Assembly (NCBI GenBank): GCA_964549505.1
Contig: CAZJVD010000004.1
Coordinates: 102,545-166,544 of the forward strand
Direction of reading: 5' to 3'
DNA: 64,000 nucleotides
From: an uncultured Oligoflexia bacterium
Lineage (GTDB): Bacteria; Bdellovibrionota; UBA1018; CAZJVD01
Numbering within the stretch: position 1 is the first letter of the stretch; the number at the start of each line of letters is the position of its first letter. This document shows, piece after piece, positions 47,121 to 60,388 of this stretch. Both the position numbers and the translations under genes were made by a program. The notes under the pieces were generated by a model. The model saw only the letters and a program-made list of their open reading frames with translations, did no database searches and was not told the origin of the DNA.

Positions 47121-48390
47121 GAATCGCTTTCGCATAATAAGCCATGACTTCGGGGTCGGCGCGAAACGACTTCCGGCTCGCTCCGATCACATGTAGATGT
47201 TTGGCCGTCCGGGCCCGACTCATTGCCACGTAGGCTTGGCCGGGTTCCCAGAGGTTAGTCAAATCAATCCACGGTTCTTGAAGAGTCGCTCCCTGTGCTT
47301 TATGAATCGTGAGCGCATAAGCCAGCGAAACCGGAAAATTATAAGCCGACGCAACGGGTTCACCGTCACCATCGAGCTGTGTGAAATGCGCGCGCTCGAG
47401 CATCGCTTCAAAACCTTCTGACAACTGCACGCGTAACGAGTCACCTTCTGTGCGCGGCAGTGACGTCACCCATCCCATCGTGCCATTGACCCAACGACCA
47501 CGCGGATCGTTCTGTCTGAGCATAATGAGAGCACCGGGTTTCAGCGCGAGCATCGGGGGGATCGGACAGTTGCGTTTGAGCTGTTCGATCGATTCAGCTT
47601 TGCCGACATAGAGCGTGGGCATTTCTTTGAGAGGACCTTTGAGTTTTTCGACTTCGATTCGATTGAGTTCGTCGACGCGTTCACGATGTGCGAGCAATAC
47701 GGTCGCCGCCTGCGATCGTTCGGCAAGATCACTTCGGCCACGAGCACGTAGGAAACGTTCGAGGCGATGGGAGTAACTCCCGGCCCGCGCGTCTTCTAAG
47801 GCGTCGAGGAGTTCCTGATCTTGGGTTCGCATGCATGTTTTTAAAAACACGACTTTTGGATTCGAGTCCCGCCAAGCCTGAGACTGAAAAGCCCAGTCCC
47901 GTGAACGCTCACGGCCTCCGGCGTTCCAAGGCTGCACGGGCGGGAGCTGCGCAAAATCGCCGATGGCTAAGATCCGGAGTCCGCCCCAAGGTGCTTTGCT
48001 CTCGCGGGCCGTGCGCGCGAGCTCTTCTGCCGTGTTCAGAACTTCGCCCGAGAGCATCGACACTTCATCAATGATGATCTCTTTTGCTTTTCGAATGCGC
48101 CGTAACGTTTTTGCACTCTTGAGCGCACGTCGAATGGCAGCGTCCGGTCCGCCTTGTAAAATTCCAAGTCCAAAAAAACTATGAAACGTTCGACCGCCAA
48201 CTAAAACCGCGGCAGCTCCGGTACTCGCCAGAACGGGGCGTTCCTTTTCGCTCAAGGGTTTTTCTTTGAGATAGGCACGAACCAGCGTGCTTTTCCCAGA
48301 GCCCGCCGATCCCGTGAGAAAGACGTTGTCGTCGTAGGTCTTTAAAGTGTCGAGTGCAGTAGCTTGATCGGGTGAAAGTTCGATACTCAT
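47110..48390 (-). CDS. Pif1/RecD-like P-loop helicase (AAA_30 + UvrD_C_2-type)
   Basis: 'LTGSAGSGKSTL' Walker A, 'IIDEVSML' Walker B and a C-terminal 'ALTIHKAQGAT'/'YVAMSRAR' helicase motif. It follows the patatin gene after a 19-bp gap. Confidence 0.8.
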   Translation of the reverse strand: MSIELSPDQATALDTLKTYDDNVFLTGSAGSGKSTLVRAYLKEKPLSEKERPVLASTGAAAVLVGGRTFHSFFGLGILQGGPDAAIRRALKSAKTLRRIRKAKEIIIDEVSMLSGEVLNTAEELARTARESKAPWGGLRILAIGDFAQLPPVQPWNAGGRERSRDWAFQSQAWRDSNPKVVFLKTCMRTQDQELLDALEDARAGSYSHRLERFLRARGRSDLAERSQAATVLLAHRERVDELNRIEVEKLKGPLKEMPTLYVGKAESIEQLKRNCPIPPMLALKPGALIMLRQNDPRGRWVNGTMGWVTSLPRTEGDSLRVQLSEGFEAMLERAHFTQLDGDGEPVASAYNFPVSLAYALTIHKAQGATLQEPWIDLTNLWEPGQAYVAMSRARTAKHLHVIGASRKSFRADPEVMAYYAKAILND

Positions 48391-48409
48391 GAAGCACTTA
48401 CGACGTCGC

Positions 48410-49687
48410 CTAGACGGTCTGAGAAGTCAAATGTGTAACAGGAGCGTTCGCTCGTTCGACACCTTGGAACTCGTAGCGTCTCAGAACGTCAGCCGCTGCA
48501 CGAAAACCCGCGCGTACGATCTCGTTCATGCGTCGCGGGTCAAACGCAAAGTGTTCCTGAAAAAACAACTGCGCGTCGCCGGGGCGAGGATGAATGTAGA
48601 CAATTTCGGCGTCTTTCCGGACTCCGAGATCGTTTTCAACGGTTTCGATCAACTCAGAAGCCAGCTTCAGTGAAAGCCCCTTTTTTTCAAAGAACTGCTC
48701 GATCGACGCATAGGCCTGTTTGGCATTCATGCGTCCGCGTACGACCGATTGCACACGCTGTTCGATCGCCAAGTAGATCGATTGGATCATGATGGCGGGC
48801 AGTCCGCGTTCGGACAATCGACCAAACTCAGGACTGAGGTTGTAGGGTTGGTGCGTGTAACTGGCGAAAACGAGATCGGCCCCACGCTCGAGAGCGATAT
48901 GAGTTGATAACGTATCGCGCACTTCACCATCAATCAGGTCCGTCGGGCCTCGATCCGTAAGATCGATGGTCGTCGGTGAAAAGATAAAGGGGAGCGACAC
49001 ACTCGCAGCACACGCTTTGGAAATCGCGATATCCGACCGGAACGTGCAACTCAGGTCGTGTGTCGAGCGCACTTCATGAACGGGACCAAACGCGATCTTT
49101 GCCGACTGATTGAGCTCGGTCGCCACGACAAAGAGTTCAACAGCCAAGTCTCTAAAGTTTTCTGTTTCTAAAACGCGTTCGGCGAGAAACCGTTCGATCC
49201 CGCGCGTGGAAAACAGTCCCGGCGATCGAAACCAACGCATTTCAAAGAGACTGCCCCAGTCCCCGCGCATCGCAAGTCGAAGAAAATCACGCGTCTGTGC
49301 CAGTCCCCGCAGGGGAACCTTCGAAAGATCGTTCCGTAGTGCAAACACGGTTTTGAGATCGAGCCTCGGCAATACCCGAGGAACGCGATCGATCGCCGAG
49401 CGTTCGCCATGCGCCGGATCAAATGAAAAGAAGATGTTCTCAAGGGAGTAGCCCGACGCCAGGTACGCCGCGATCAGGGCGCCGGCACTCGAACCGACAT
49501 AAGTAGCGACCGTTTGTGCGGGTTTGGTGATAGGTGACGATTTCAGGCCACCTCGGAAAACGAAACCCCGTTCGCGCAGGGCGAGCGCGACTCCGAGGTG
49601 AAAGGCGCCGGCTTTGACGCCTCCGCCACTGCAGACCATGGCGACTTTACGACTCGCTTGAATCGGAATGCGGTTTTGGATTCGCAC
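48410..49687 (-). CDS. Patatin-like phospholipase
   Basis: 'CSGGGVKAGAFHLGV' oxyanion/Gly-rich loop, a 'GSSAG' nucleophile elbow and the catalytic-dyad Asp region 'DGE'. Confidence 0.8.
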   Translation of the reverse strand: MRIQNRIPIQASRKVAMVCSGGGVKAGAFHLGVALALRERGFVFRGGLKSSPITKPAQTVATYVGSSAGALIAAYLASGYSLENIFFSFDPAHGERSAIDRVPRVLPRLDLKTVFALRNDLSKVPLRGLAQTRDFLRLAMRGDWGSLFEMRWFRSPGLFSTRGIERFLAERVLETENFRDLAVELFVVATELNQSAKIAFGPVHEVRSTHDLSCTFRSDIAISKACAASVSLPFIFSPTTIDLTDRGPTDLIDGEVRDTLSTHIALERGADLVFASYTHQPYNLSPEFGRLSERGLPAIMIQSIYLAIEQRVQSVVRGRMNAKQAYASIEQFFEKKGLSLKLASELIETVENDLGVRKDAEIVYIHPRPGDAQLFFQEHFAFDPRRMNEIVRAGFRAAADVLRRYEFQGVERANAPVTHLTSQTV

Positions 49688-49757
49688 TTTCCCCCCAAAA
49701 AAGCTTCCTGTGCGGCAGAATACTTGATTTTGATGGTAAAGGAAATAGAATCAAACT

Positions 49758-50076
49758 GTGATGGTCTCCCACCAGGATCAAGCTGCGTCGAGCGAATGGA
49801 TTCCCCTGGTGGAATTTGCGGCGCGACGCGGAATCAGTCTCTCTACTTTGCGGCGTTATATCAAAGCCGACAAGATCGAATACAGACTCGAGAACGGCCG
49901 CTACCTCCTGAAAGACGATGCTCGAAAGGGAAAACCATCCGTCACGCGCGGATCAGCTGGTGCCATGGGTCCAGGCGCGGGCGCCACAGCAGATGACGAG
50001 CGAGCTCGCCGTCTGGAGACAGAGCTCAACCGAGCTCGACAAGAAATCGCAGAGTTGAAAACGCTGATCGCGCTCT

Positions 50077-50105
<29 letters not shown>
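49758..50105 (+). CDS. Small HTH DNA-binding protein (MerR/excisionase-like) with C-terminal coiled coil
   Basis: 'IPLVEFAARRGISLSTLRRYIKADKI' HTH and 'RRLETELNRARQEIAELKTLIALYEE'. Divergent from the patatin gene. Confidence 0.5.
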
Positions 50106-53744
<3,639 letters not shown>

Positions 53745-53846
53745 TCTCGGCCGCGCTTAAGCGAGACTTTGACGAGGCCTTTGCGAGGCCGTAGCAACGG
53801 GTTTGCCGGCGCCCCGATGCGTTCGGAGCGTGCGGTGCTGAGTTCG

Positions 53847-53974
53847 GTGACGCAGCTGCGCTTGTGCCGGAACAAGTACCGACAGCGAATATCGGCTGTT
53901 ATGTGACGCACTAGCGCTTGTGCCGGAACAAGTAAGCGTGCGTTATGTTTGCGTGTGGCCCTGGTGCCGGAAAC
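53847..53974. repeat. Degenerate 32-bp direct repeats (2 full, 1 partial) containing the CTTGTGCCGGAACAAG palindrome
   Basis: Copy A 53847-53878, copy B 53903-53934 (3 mismatches, 56-bp period) and partial copy C 53963-53974. They sit in a convergent intergenic region. Confidence 0.7.
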
Positions 53975-54029
53975 TTCGTCGGATCGGAGGTTACGCGATT
54001 GGTATCAAGCGCCGATTCGCTCTAACCGT

Positions 54030-55391
54030 TTACTCCGTCTTCGACAGAACCGTTTCATAGACAAAAATCTTGGTGGCCTCGTCATCGTGAGGCGCAAAAT
54101 AAAAACGAAACCTAGCTGCTTTCTTGCCACTGACTTCAACGGTTTCGTATTCAAAATCAAAAGCATTATAACTTGGAGGAATATCTCGACTCCAAGTCTC
54201 GGCCCATACGCCCTTTTCATTGATGGTCGGTAGCTCAACCCGGTGAACAATCCGATAGGTGCCCTTTGCGTCGAATTCGATCAGATCGAGCACCCCATCG
54301 GGATCCCAAGGTCCCAGTTTTCCGGCGCAAAGAAAATACTGACCACTACTATTCGGCTGAGCTTTGCAGTCCTGATATTCAAATTCATCTTTCGGAGTGA
54401 ACTTTTGAGCCCCCGCAGGGAAGTGGAGCGTCCCGTCTTTCACCGTATCACTCGTCAAGACGTCGATATCGTAATCAATAAGGTGAACACAGTGGTTCTC
54501 GCTATCGCACAGAATTGTTCCAAAATGTTCTGTCAGCCCATTTGAAAGAAGGACACACGAATTCAAATCTTCGTCGACGCTTACGACGACCGATTGATCA
54601 TCATCGTCCGGTCCCGCCAACGGAAACCACATTGTCGAGCTGGCTAAACCGAAAGCAATTCCACCGGGATGTTGCGGCTTGCAGGAGCGAAAAACAGTCG
54701 GTTGCGCTTGCGATGCTTTTTTATATTCTGCACTGACATCCATCCATTTTGTGAGAACGGCCGCCCATCCTGCATCGGGATCCAGTCCAAAATCATACTT
54801 CATCAGCACAGCACGTTCGGCTGACTTGTCCTGGGAGGTTAAATATGCATAACCCTTCGATACGAGTAATCCTTGCGGATGTGAACGGTTCACACCCTTT
54901 GGCAGAGGTAAAGGGACGGCGGCTTTGAGAACAAGATCTTTATAGGATTTGATCCTATGAAAATCATCGGCCCAAAAGGAATCGTTATCTTTGATCTTAA
55001 GTTCGATCGACACGGGTGACACGGGCGATGCGGGATTCTTTGCACGGAGTGTGATGACAAGGTTCTCACTAGGTTCGCCGATAGCATCATCGAGAAGTTT
55101 TAGACGAATTTCCCCGGAATCATTGCCGGCCGTGATCAATACTTTATTTTCATTCTGACTTTCGGAGCGGATGACTTGAAAATCGATATTTGATTTCGCA
55201 CTTCCAGATAATTCATACGGTATCCAGAGGTCTTGATCAGATTTTGAGTCAAGAACGATCAAGACTTTCACTTCGCCTACGGCTTCACCGTAAGTCTGAG
55301 ATCGTCCTGCGAATCGCGCCTCAGTGGCCTGCGCATAGGCACCGACTCCCCACCCGATGCTCAGAACCGCAGAGAAGAGGATTGATTTCAT
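54030..55391 (-). CDS. Secreted hypothetical protein with N-terminal Calx-beta-like domain
   Basis: Signal peptide 'VLSIGWGVGAYAQA' and a Calx-beta-like block 'VKVLIVLDSKSDQDLWIPYELSGSAKSNIDFQV'. Confidence 0.5.
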   Translation of the reverse strand: MKSILFSAVLSIGWGVGAYAQATEARFAGRSQTYGEAVGEVKVLIVLDSKSDQDLWIPYELSGSAKSNIDFQVIRSESQNENKVLITAGNDSGEIRLKLLDDAIGEPSENLVITLRAKNPASPVSPVSIELKIKDNDSFWADDFHRIKSYKDLVLKAAVPLPLPKGVNRSHPQGLLVSKGYAYLTSQDKSAERAVLMKYDFGLDPDAGWAAVLTKWMDVSAEYKKASQAQPTVFRSCKPQHPGGIAFGLASSTMWFPLAGPDDDDQSVVVSVDEDLNSCVLLSNGLTEHFGTILCDSENHCVHLIDYDIDVLTSDTVKDGTLHFPAGAQKFTPKDEFEYQDCKAQPNSSGQYFLCAGKLGPWDPDGVLDLIEFDAKGTYRIVHRVELPTINEKGVWAETWSRDIPPSYNAFDFEYETVEVSGKKAARFRFYFAPHDDEATKIFVYETVLSKTE

Positions 55392-55491
55392 GTTGCACCG
55401 TATAACAAGGTGCGTATTTCATGTCAACGAGGCCGCCCGCAGCTCCTCGGAACCCCGTGCCTTCAAACATCGTCGATGGTACAGCGCACCT

Positions 55492-55848
55492 GTGAGGGTC
55501 CTAAAAACAGTCTGCTTCTCCGTCCTGATAGCGATGTCGCTTATCGCTGCGACTACGTTTGCCCAAAGAACGCCTCGTGGGTGCGGTTCCGAACTGACCC
55601 CTCAAAGAAAGAGGTTCCGACTCCTTGGTGCCGACGGAAAATTCTACTGGAGCGGGCAACCAGGGACCCTCGGCGGCTACTGGCGCGGTTCGAGAAAGAT
55701 TTACGGTCGGTTGGATTGTCGATCCACTCGGAGCTGGATCAAACGCGGGCACTACGTTCCGTATCGGGTCTTTTTTGCGAGCGAAGAAGACGCCGTAGCG
55801 GCGGGGTTTCGGCCGTGCGGGGTCTGCTGGCGTGAGGACACGCCCTAG
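55492..55848 (+). CDS. Small protein with Ada-like zinc-binding motif, possibly secreted
   Basis: The C-terminal 'YRVFFASEEDAVAAGFRPCGVC' closely matches the Ada N-terminal Zn-binding signature 'FY.s..eA.aAGFRPCkrC'. The putative GTG start gives a signal-like 'VRVLKTVCFSVLIAMSLIAATTFAQ'. Start uncertain. Confidence 0.4.
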   Translation: MRVLKTVCFSVLIAMSLIAATTFAQRTPRGCGSELTPQRKRFRLLGADGKFYWSGQPGTLGGYWRGSRKIYGRLDCRSTRSWIKRGHYVPYRVFFASEEDAVAAGFRPCGVCWREDTP

Positions 55849-55912
55849 AAGTCGGTACCGCGCGCGCGTTTTCCTCACCAATGCGCTTTCCACTGCGCTT
55901 TCCAGTGCGCTT

Positions 55913-57307
55913 TTAACGATCCAGAACCCGCGAGAGTTCCGACAATCGGGCGATACCAATCAATTTGATGCCCGTCGTGAGACCTTCACGCTTTAACTTT
56001 TCAGCCGTTCCCGCTGGCAACACTGCTGCTGAAAATCCAAGTTTTCGGGCTTCCTCGAGCCGTAGGTCCGGGTAGTGAATCCTCTGCACTTCGCCTGTCA
56101 GTCCCACTTCGCCTAAGAAGACATACGATCCTGGAATCGCATGTCCCGTCGCGCTTGACCAAAGTGCCGCGGCAACCGCGAGGTCGGACGCTGGTTCGGT
56201 GAGTTTCAGTCCACCAGCGACGTTTAAAAACAAATCGCTCTGTGCAAGACGGAGCTCGAGAGCGCGATCAAGAACCGCTGCGATCAGTGACGACTTATTG
56301 GTATCGAGCCCGACACTCGTCCGACGAGGCATGGCCAGCGGACTTGTCGCGACGAGCGCTTGAACCTCCACCATCAAAGGCCGCGTGCCTTCGAGTGTGC
56401 ATGTGACAGCTGTTCCCGGAACGGGTTGCTTGCGCTCGGACAAAAAGAGCATCGAGGGATTGGCAACTTGAACCAGACCTTCGCGTCGCATCTCGAAAAT
56501 TCCTAGTTCATGAGTCGAACCAAAACGATTCTTCACCGTCCGGAGCAACCGCGTGCCGAACTGCCCGTCGCCCTCGAAGTACAAAACAGTGTCGACCATG
56601 TGCTCGACCACTTTGGGTCCAGCGAGCGCACCGTCTTTCGTCACATGTCCGACCAACACGACGGCGACGCCGTCAGTTTTCGCTAGCTTCATCAAACGAG
56701 ACGCGATCTCGCGAACCTGACCGACCGAGCCCGGCGCACCCTCGAGCTCATCACAGACAAACGTCTGTAGCGAATCCACGATCAAAAGTCCCGGCTTCTG
56801 TGTGTGAACCAGACTCTCGATCGCATTGATGCGATTCTCGGCGAGCAAACCAATGCGTTTCGACTTTGGACATCCCAATCGCTCAGCGCGCGATCGAATC
56901 TGTTCAACAGACTCTTCTCCGCTAGCGTACAAGATCTGAAAATCTTCAGACGTCTTTGCTAACAACCCGGCCGCGAGCTGCAGTAACAGCGTCGATTTTC
57001 CGATCCCGGGATCCCCACCAATCAAAACAAAACTGTCGCGTACGAGTCCGCCACCGAGTGTTCGATTGAGTTCCGTGATGCCAGTATCGAGTCGCGCTCC
57101 GGCCGCAGTTACCGTCGTGTCCGTATCCGCCATCGTCTGAAGACGAGCGCTCGCGGCACCTGCGTCGGCTCGCGATCCAGCGGGTTCCTGTGAAACACGT
57201 TCCTCAACCATCGTGTTCCACTGCCCACACCCGGGACAACGGCCTACCCATCGCGCTGCTGGCGTTCCGCATTCCTGACACATGAATTGTGTTTTGATTT
57301 TCGCCAT
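55913..57307 (-). CDS. radA: DNA repair protein RadA/Sms
   Basis: N-terminal Zn ribbon 'CQECG...CPGCGQWN', RecA-like 'GGDPGIGKSTLLLQ', a KNRFG motif and a Lon-like C-terminus. Confidence 0.92.
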   Translation of the reverse strand: MAKIKTQFMCQECGTPAARWVGRCPGCGQWNTMVEERVSQEPAGSRADAGAASARLQTMADTDTTVTAAGARLDTGITELNRTLGGGLVRDSFVLIGGDPGIGKSTLLLQLAAGLLAKTSEDFQILYASGEESVEQIRSRAERLGCPKSKRIGLLAENRINAIESLVHTQKPGLLIVDSLQTFVCDELEGAPGSVGQVREIASRLMKLAKTDGVAVVLVGHVTKDGALAGPKVVEHMVDTVLYFEGDGQFGTRLLRTVKNRFGSTHELGIFEMRREGLVQVANPSMLFLSERKQPVPGTAVTCTLEGTRPLMVEVQALVATSPLAMPRRTSVGLDTNKSSLIAAVLDRALELRLAQSDLFLNVAGGLKLTEPASDLAVAAALWSSATGHAIPGSYVFLGEVGLTGEVQRIHYPDLRLEEARKLGFSAAVLPAGTAEKLKREGLTTGIKLIGIARLSELSRVLDR

Positions 57308-57388
57308 AAGAGCCCCCATAGCGGCGCTATAGAGAGCTACAGACGGGTCTATCTAAACTTCGTTTCAAAATCATCCGAAAAGATCGTG

Positions 57389-57805
57389 ATGGCGTTTGAC
57401 GACTGGAAAAAGAAGAATGACTTCGTCTTAGGAAAGAAGCGTGGCGTTCAGACGATTCGCGACAAACATCGTGATCCGAACCAGATCGTCCGTGAACAGG
57501 ACGTCACCTCGCAGGTACGCGAGTTGATGGATCAGATCGAGCCCATGATCGATCAATTGAACACCATGTACCAACAATACATTGCAGGTGTGGACGATCT
57601 TCCTCCAAAAGAACGACGGACGCTTTTAGACAGTCGGATCTTCAAACTTGTTGAAGCTGTCAAAGCCACACCCGCGCTCCGGTTTCGCTTCAATACGATC
57701 GAAAATCGTTACATCTCGTACCGCGATCGTTGGGACAAACAGCTGAAAGACTTTGAGTCAGGTAAGATTGGTCACGCGCGCAATCGAAAGAAAATTTACC
57801 GCTAA
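57389..57805 (+). CDS. Hypothetical protein
   Basis: 138 aa from 'MAFDDWKKKND'. Coding-like. No motif recognised. Confidence 0.4.
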   Translation: MAFDDWKKKNDFVLGKKRGVQTIRDKHRDPNQIVREQDVTSQVRELMDQIEPMIDQLNTMYQQYIAGVDDLPPKERRTLLDSRIFKLVEAVKATPALRFRFNTIENRYISYRDRWDKQLKDFESGKIGHARNRKKIYR

Positions 57806-59289
57806 GACGCATTCGATCCCTTTGCCATCTTGACCGCGGCATTCCAGCCTTTGAGTAACTTCTCGCGATCCTTTTCAGAAATTTCCGGTGTGAAGCTGCG
57901 GTCTTTCTTCCACGCTTTCTTAATCGACTCACGATCGGTCCAGACGCCGCATCCGAGTCCAGCAGCAAAAACGGCTCCCATGACTGTGGTCTCAATCTGT
58001 TTCGGTCGACGGAGCTCGACGCCGAGGACATCCGCTTGAAACTGCATCAAAAGATCGTTCTTACAGGCGCCACCGTCCACAAGAACAGCAGCGATCGGTT
58101 GACCGAAGTCCTTCTGCATCGCTTGCAAAATATCAGCGTTCTGAAACGCAATTCCCTCAAGGATCGCGCGTGCAATGTGCCCGCGCCCCGTTCCGCGCGT
58201 AATTCCCGATAAAAGTCCCGTGGCCGAAGAAGCCCAGTGCGGAGCTCCTAACCCCGTCAGTGCTGGGACAAACACGACGCCTTCGGAGCTCTTCACACTC
58301 ATGGCAAGCTTCTCGATCTCCGACGACTCACGAATGATTCCCAATCCATCGCGTGCCCATTGGACCGCAGCACCTGCGATGAACGCGCTTCCTTCGAGCG
58401 CGTACGTTGTTCGCTCACCGAGAAACGACCACGCGATCGTCGAGATCAAGCGATGACGACTGCGCGCGAGTCGATTGCCGGTGTTCAACAGCATGAACGA
58501 ACCCGTTCCATACGTGCACTTGGCCGCTCCGGGATCAAAACATGCTTGTCCAAAAAGAGCTGCTTGCTGATCTCCGAGGACGCCCGTGATCGGTGTTCCG
58601 TCTTTGATTCCTGGAACGCCGTCAGTAACACCAAACTTTTCGTTGGAAGGCAAAACTTCAGGAAGAATCTCCATGGGAACACCCAGGGTCTGACAAGCTT
58701 CGGGATCCCAACGCGCTTGCTGCAAATGGAAACAAAGCGATCGCGAAGCATTGCTCGGTTCTGTCACGTGTGCTGTTCCGCCCGTGAGCCGATTGATCAG
58801 AAATGTGTCGATCGTGCCGACGGCGAGATCGCCTCGCTTGTGTGCAGCCTTGACGTCCGGCCAGTTTTGCAGTGCCCACGCGATCTTGGTTCCCGAAAAG
58901 TAGGGATCTAAAAGCAGGCCTGTGCGCTCCTGAAAATAAGGTTCCATGCCTTTGGCTCGAAGCGTGTCACAGGTCTCGGCCGTGCGGCGATCTTGCCAAA
59001 CAATAGCGCGTCCAAGCGCTTTGCCGGTCGACCGCTCCCAGAAACAGACGGTCTCACGCTGGTTCGTGATCCCAATCCCAACGATCGTGACCTTGCCCTT
59101 TGTCGTCAGTTTTTTGACAGTTTTGAGAACCGCTCTCCAGATTTCGTCTGGATCGTGCTCTACCCATCCAGGTTGTGGAAAATACTGCTCAAACTCCACC
59201 TGCGCTTGGGCGAGGACGGCGAGTTTCGTGTCCACTAAGAAAGCACGGGTACTTGTCGTGCCTTCGTCCAGAGCCAAAATAGCTTCCAT
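57802..59289 (-). CDS. glpK: Glycerol kinase
   Basis: FGGY kinase 'LALDEGTTSTRAFL' N-terminus and a 'GGG' C-terminal ATP-binding region. 495 aa. Confidence 0.88.
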   Translation of the reverse strand: MEAILALDEGTTSTRAFLVDTKLAVLAQAQVEFEQYFPQPGWVEHDPDEIWRAVLKTVKKLTTKGKVTIVGIGITNQRETVCFWERSTGKALGRAIVWQDRRTAETCDTLRAKGMEPYFQERTGLLLDPYFSGTKIAWALQNWPDVKAAHKRGDLAVGTIDTFLINRLTGGTAHVTEPSNASRSLCFHLQQARWDPEACQTLGVPMEILPEVLPSNEKFGVTDGVPGIKDGTPITGVLGDQQAALFGQACFDPGAAKCTYGTGSFMLLNTGNRLARSRHRLISTIAWSFLGERTTYALEGSAFIAGAAVQWARDGLGIIRESSEIEKLAMSVKSSEGVVFVPALTGLGAPHWASSATGLLSGITRGTGRGHIARAILEGIAFQNADILQAMQKDFGQPIAAVLVDGGACKNDLLMQFQADVLGVELRRPKQIETTVMGAVFAAGLGCGVWTDRESIKKAWKKDRSFTPEISEKDREKLLKGWNAAVKMAKGSNAS

Positions 59290-59359
59290 CCCAATCGATT
59301 ATCAGAAACCTAAATCAAAAACACGCAGCTTTTGGTCCCACTTGGCCGATAGGAAACTG

Positions 59360-60388
59360 ATGCGTTCTTTGCGATCCATGACGATCATCGGAACGGGCGT
59401 CTGTGCCCTTTTCGTAGCCTTTCTCGCGCACTGGGGCGATCGATCACTCTCGGGTGTTCGTGCTCGTGACGAAGCTGTTCGTCGGGCGGAGAGCCTTTTT
59501 AAAATTTTTCAGAGCCTCGCTAACGATCGCAAGGACCTGGAGCAAGCCGCTGCGATTCTCGAGCGCGGGGTTGTGGAGCCCGGGATTCTTATCCGCGTGA
59601 CAAAGAATCCGGTTCCCACCGCGCCGACCTCCAAAGCGACGGCATCGCGTGTGGATCATACCGCGGACACAGTCGACGCTTTTTTTGCTGTTGGTAACGG
59701 ACAGCAAGGCGTCCGCTTCATTCTGCCTGTGCACGAAATCGGTGTCGGCGGCTGGCTGGGTATCCGTCAACGTTGGATTCTAGCGCTTGGGTTTTTCTTT
59801 GCGTTCTGGTTTGGGCTCTACGGAATTGTTTCGCGTACGGGAGTGACGGAAAGCAGCTTCACGATCAAACGTAAACTGGTTCATGCGGGTCGCGAGCTGG
59901 GTCGCTTTGGCGAAGTGTTTGCGATTCAGGTGCGTGATCTTGTCTCTGGTTTAAAAGCCTTCATCGACGCCGCTTTTCTCGCTCGCCAGGCGATTCAACG
60001 AGCGCAGACCATCCATCGCGGCGAACGATCGAACGATCGACCGTCCGATACCGATCGTCTCCTCGAGGTCGAAAAGTTTTTGACCGCGCTCAAGCAGCGC
60101 TTCGAAAATGATACAAAACACGCCGAAGAAGAGAAGATTTGGTCGGGACGCGTGAACGAAACTTTGATCGCTGTTCGGGAAGTTCTCAACAGCTCCCGAT
60201 CACAGTCGAGAATCGGCGATGTCCTCGATAAGGCCGCGGAGGCACTCGGTGATATTCCTGAAGCTCAGAAGCGGTTTCAAAAACAAATCGAAAGTGCAAC
60301 GGACGTCCTTCGCGATTTTACCAGCGAAGCCGCAAATCCATCCTACCAATCTAAGAAACGCGATCCCAAAAACCGCGCGACCGCGTGA
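59360..60388 (+). CDS. Hypothetical membrane protein with coiled-coil C-terminal region
   Basis: Start trimmed to 'MRSLRSMTIIGTGVCALFVAFLAH' (a TM helix), with a second TM 'WILALGFFFAFWFGLYGIV'. The upstream part of the ORF was rejected because it is antisense to glpK. Confidence 0.4.
   Translation: MRSLRSMTIIGTGVCALFVAFLAHWGDRSLSGVRARDEAVRRAESLFKIFQSLANDRKDLEQAAAILERGVVEPGILIRVTKNPVPTAPTSKATASRVDHTADTVDAFFAVGNGQQGVRFILPVHEIGVGGWLGIRQRWILALGFFFAFWFGLYGIVSRTGVTESSFTIKRKLVHAGRELGRFGEVFAIQVRDLVSGLKAFIDAAFLARQAIQRAQTIHRGERSNDRPSDTDRLLEVEKFLTALKQRFENDTKHAEEEKIWSGRVNETLIAVREVLNSSRSQSRIGDVLDKAAEALGDIPEAQKRFQKQIESATDVLRDFTSEAANPSYQSKKRDPKNRATA

Noticed and set aside
53847-53974. Possible mini CRISPR array (repeats with a 56-bp period)
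   Set aside because: There are only two full and one partial, degenerate copies. Spacing is irregular (56 then about 44 bp). There are no cas genes, and the units are themselves palindrome-centred like REP elements. It does not meet minimal CRISPR criteria.
58946-59359. 5' part of ORF 58946-60388 overlapping glpK antisense
   Set aside because: It is antisense to the strongly supported glpK. The gene was trimmed to the first in-frame ATG after the glpK start (59360), where a TM helix begins.
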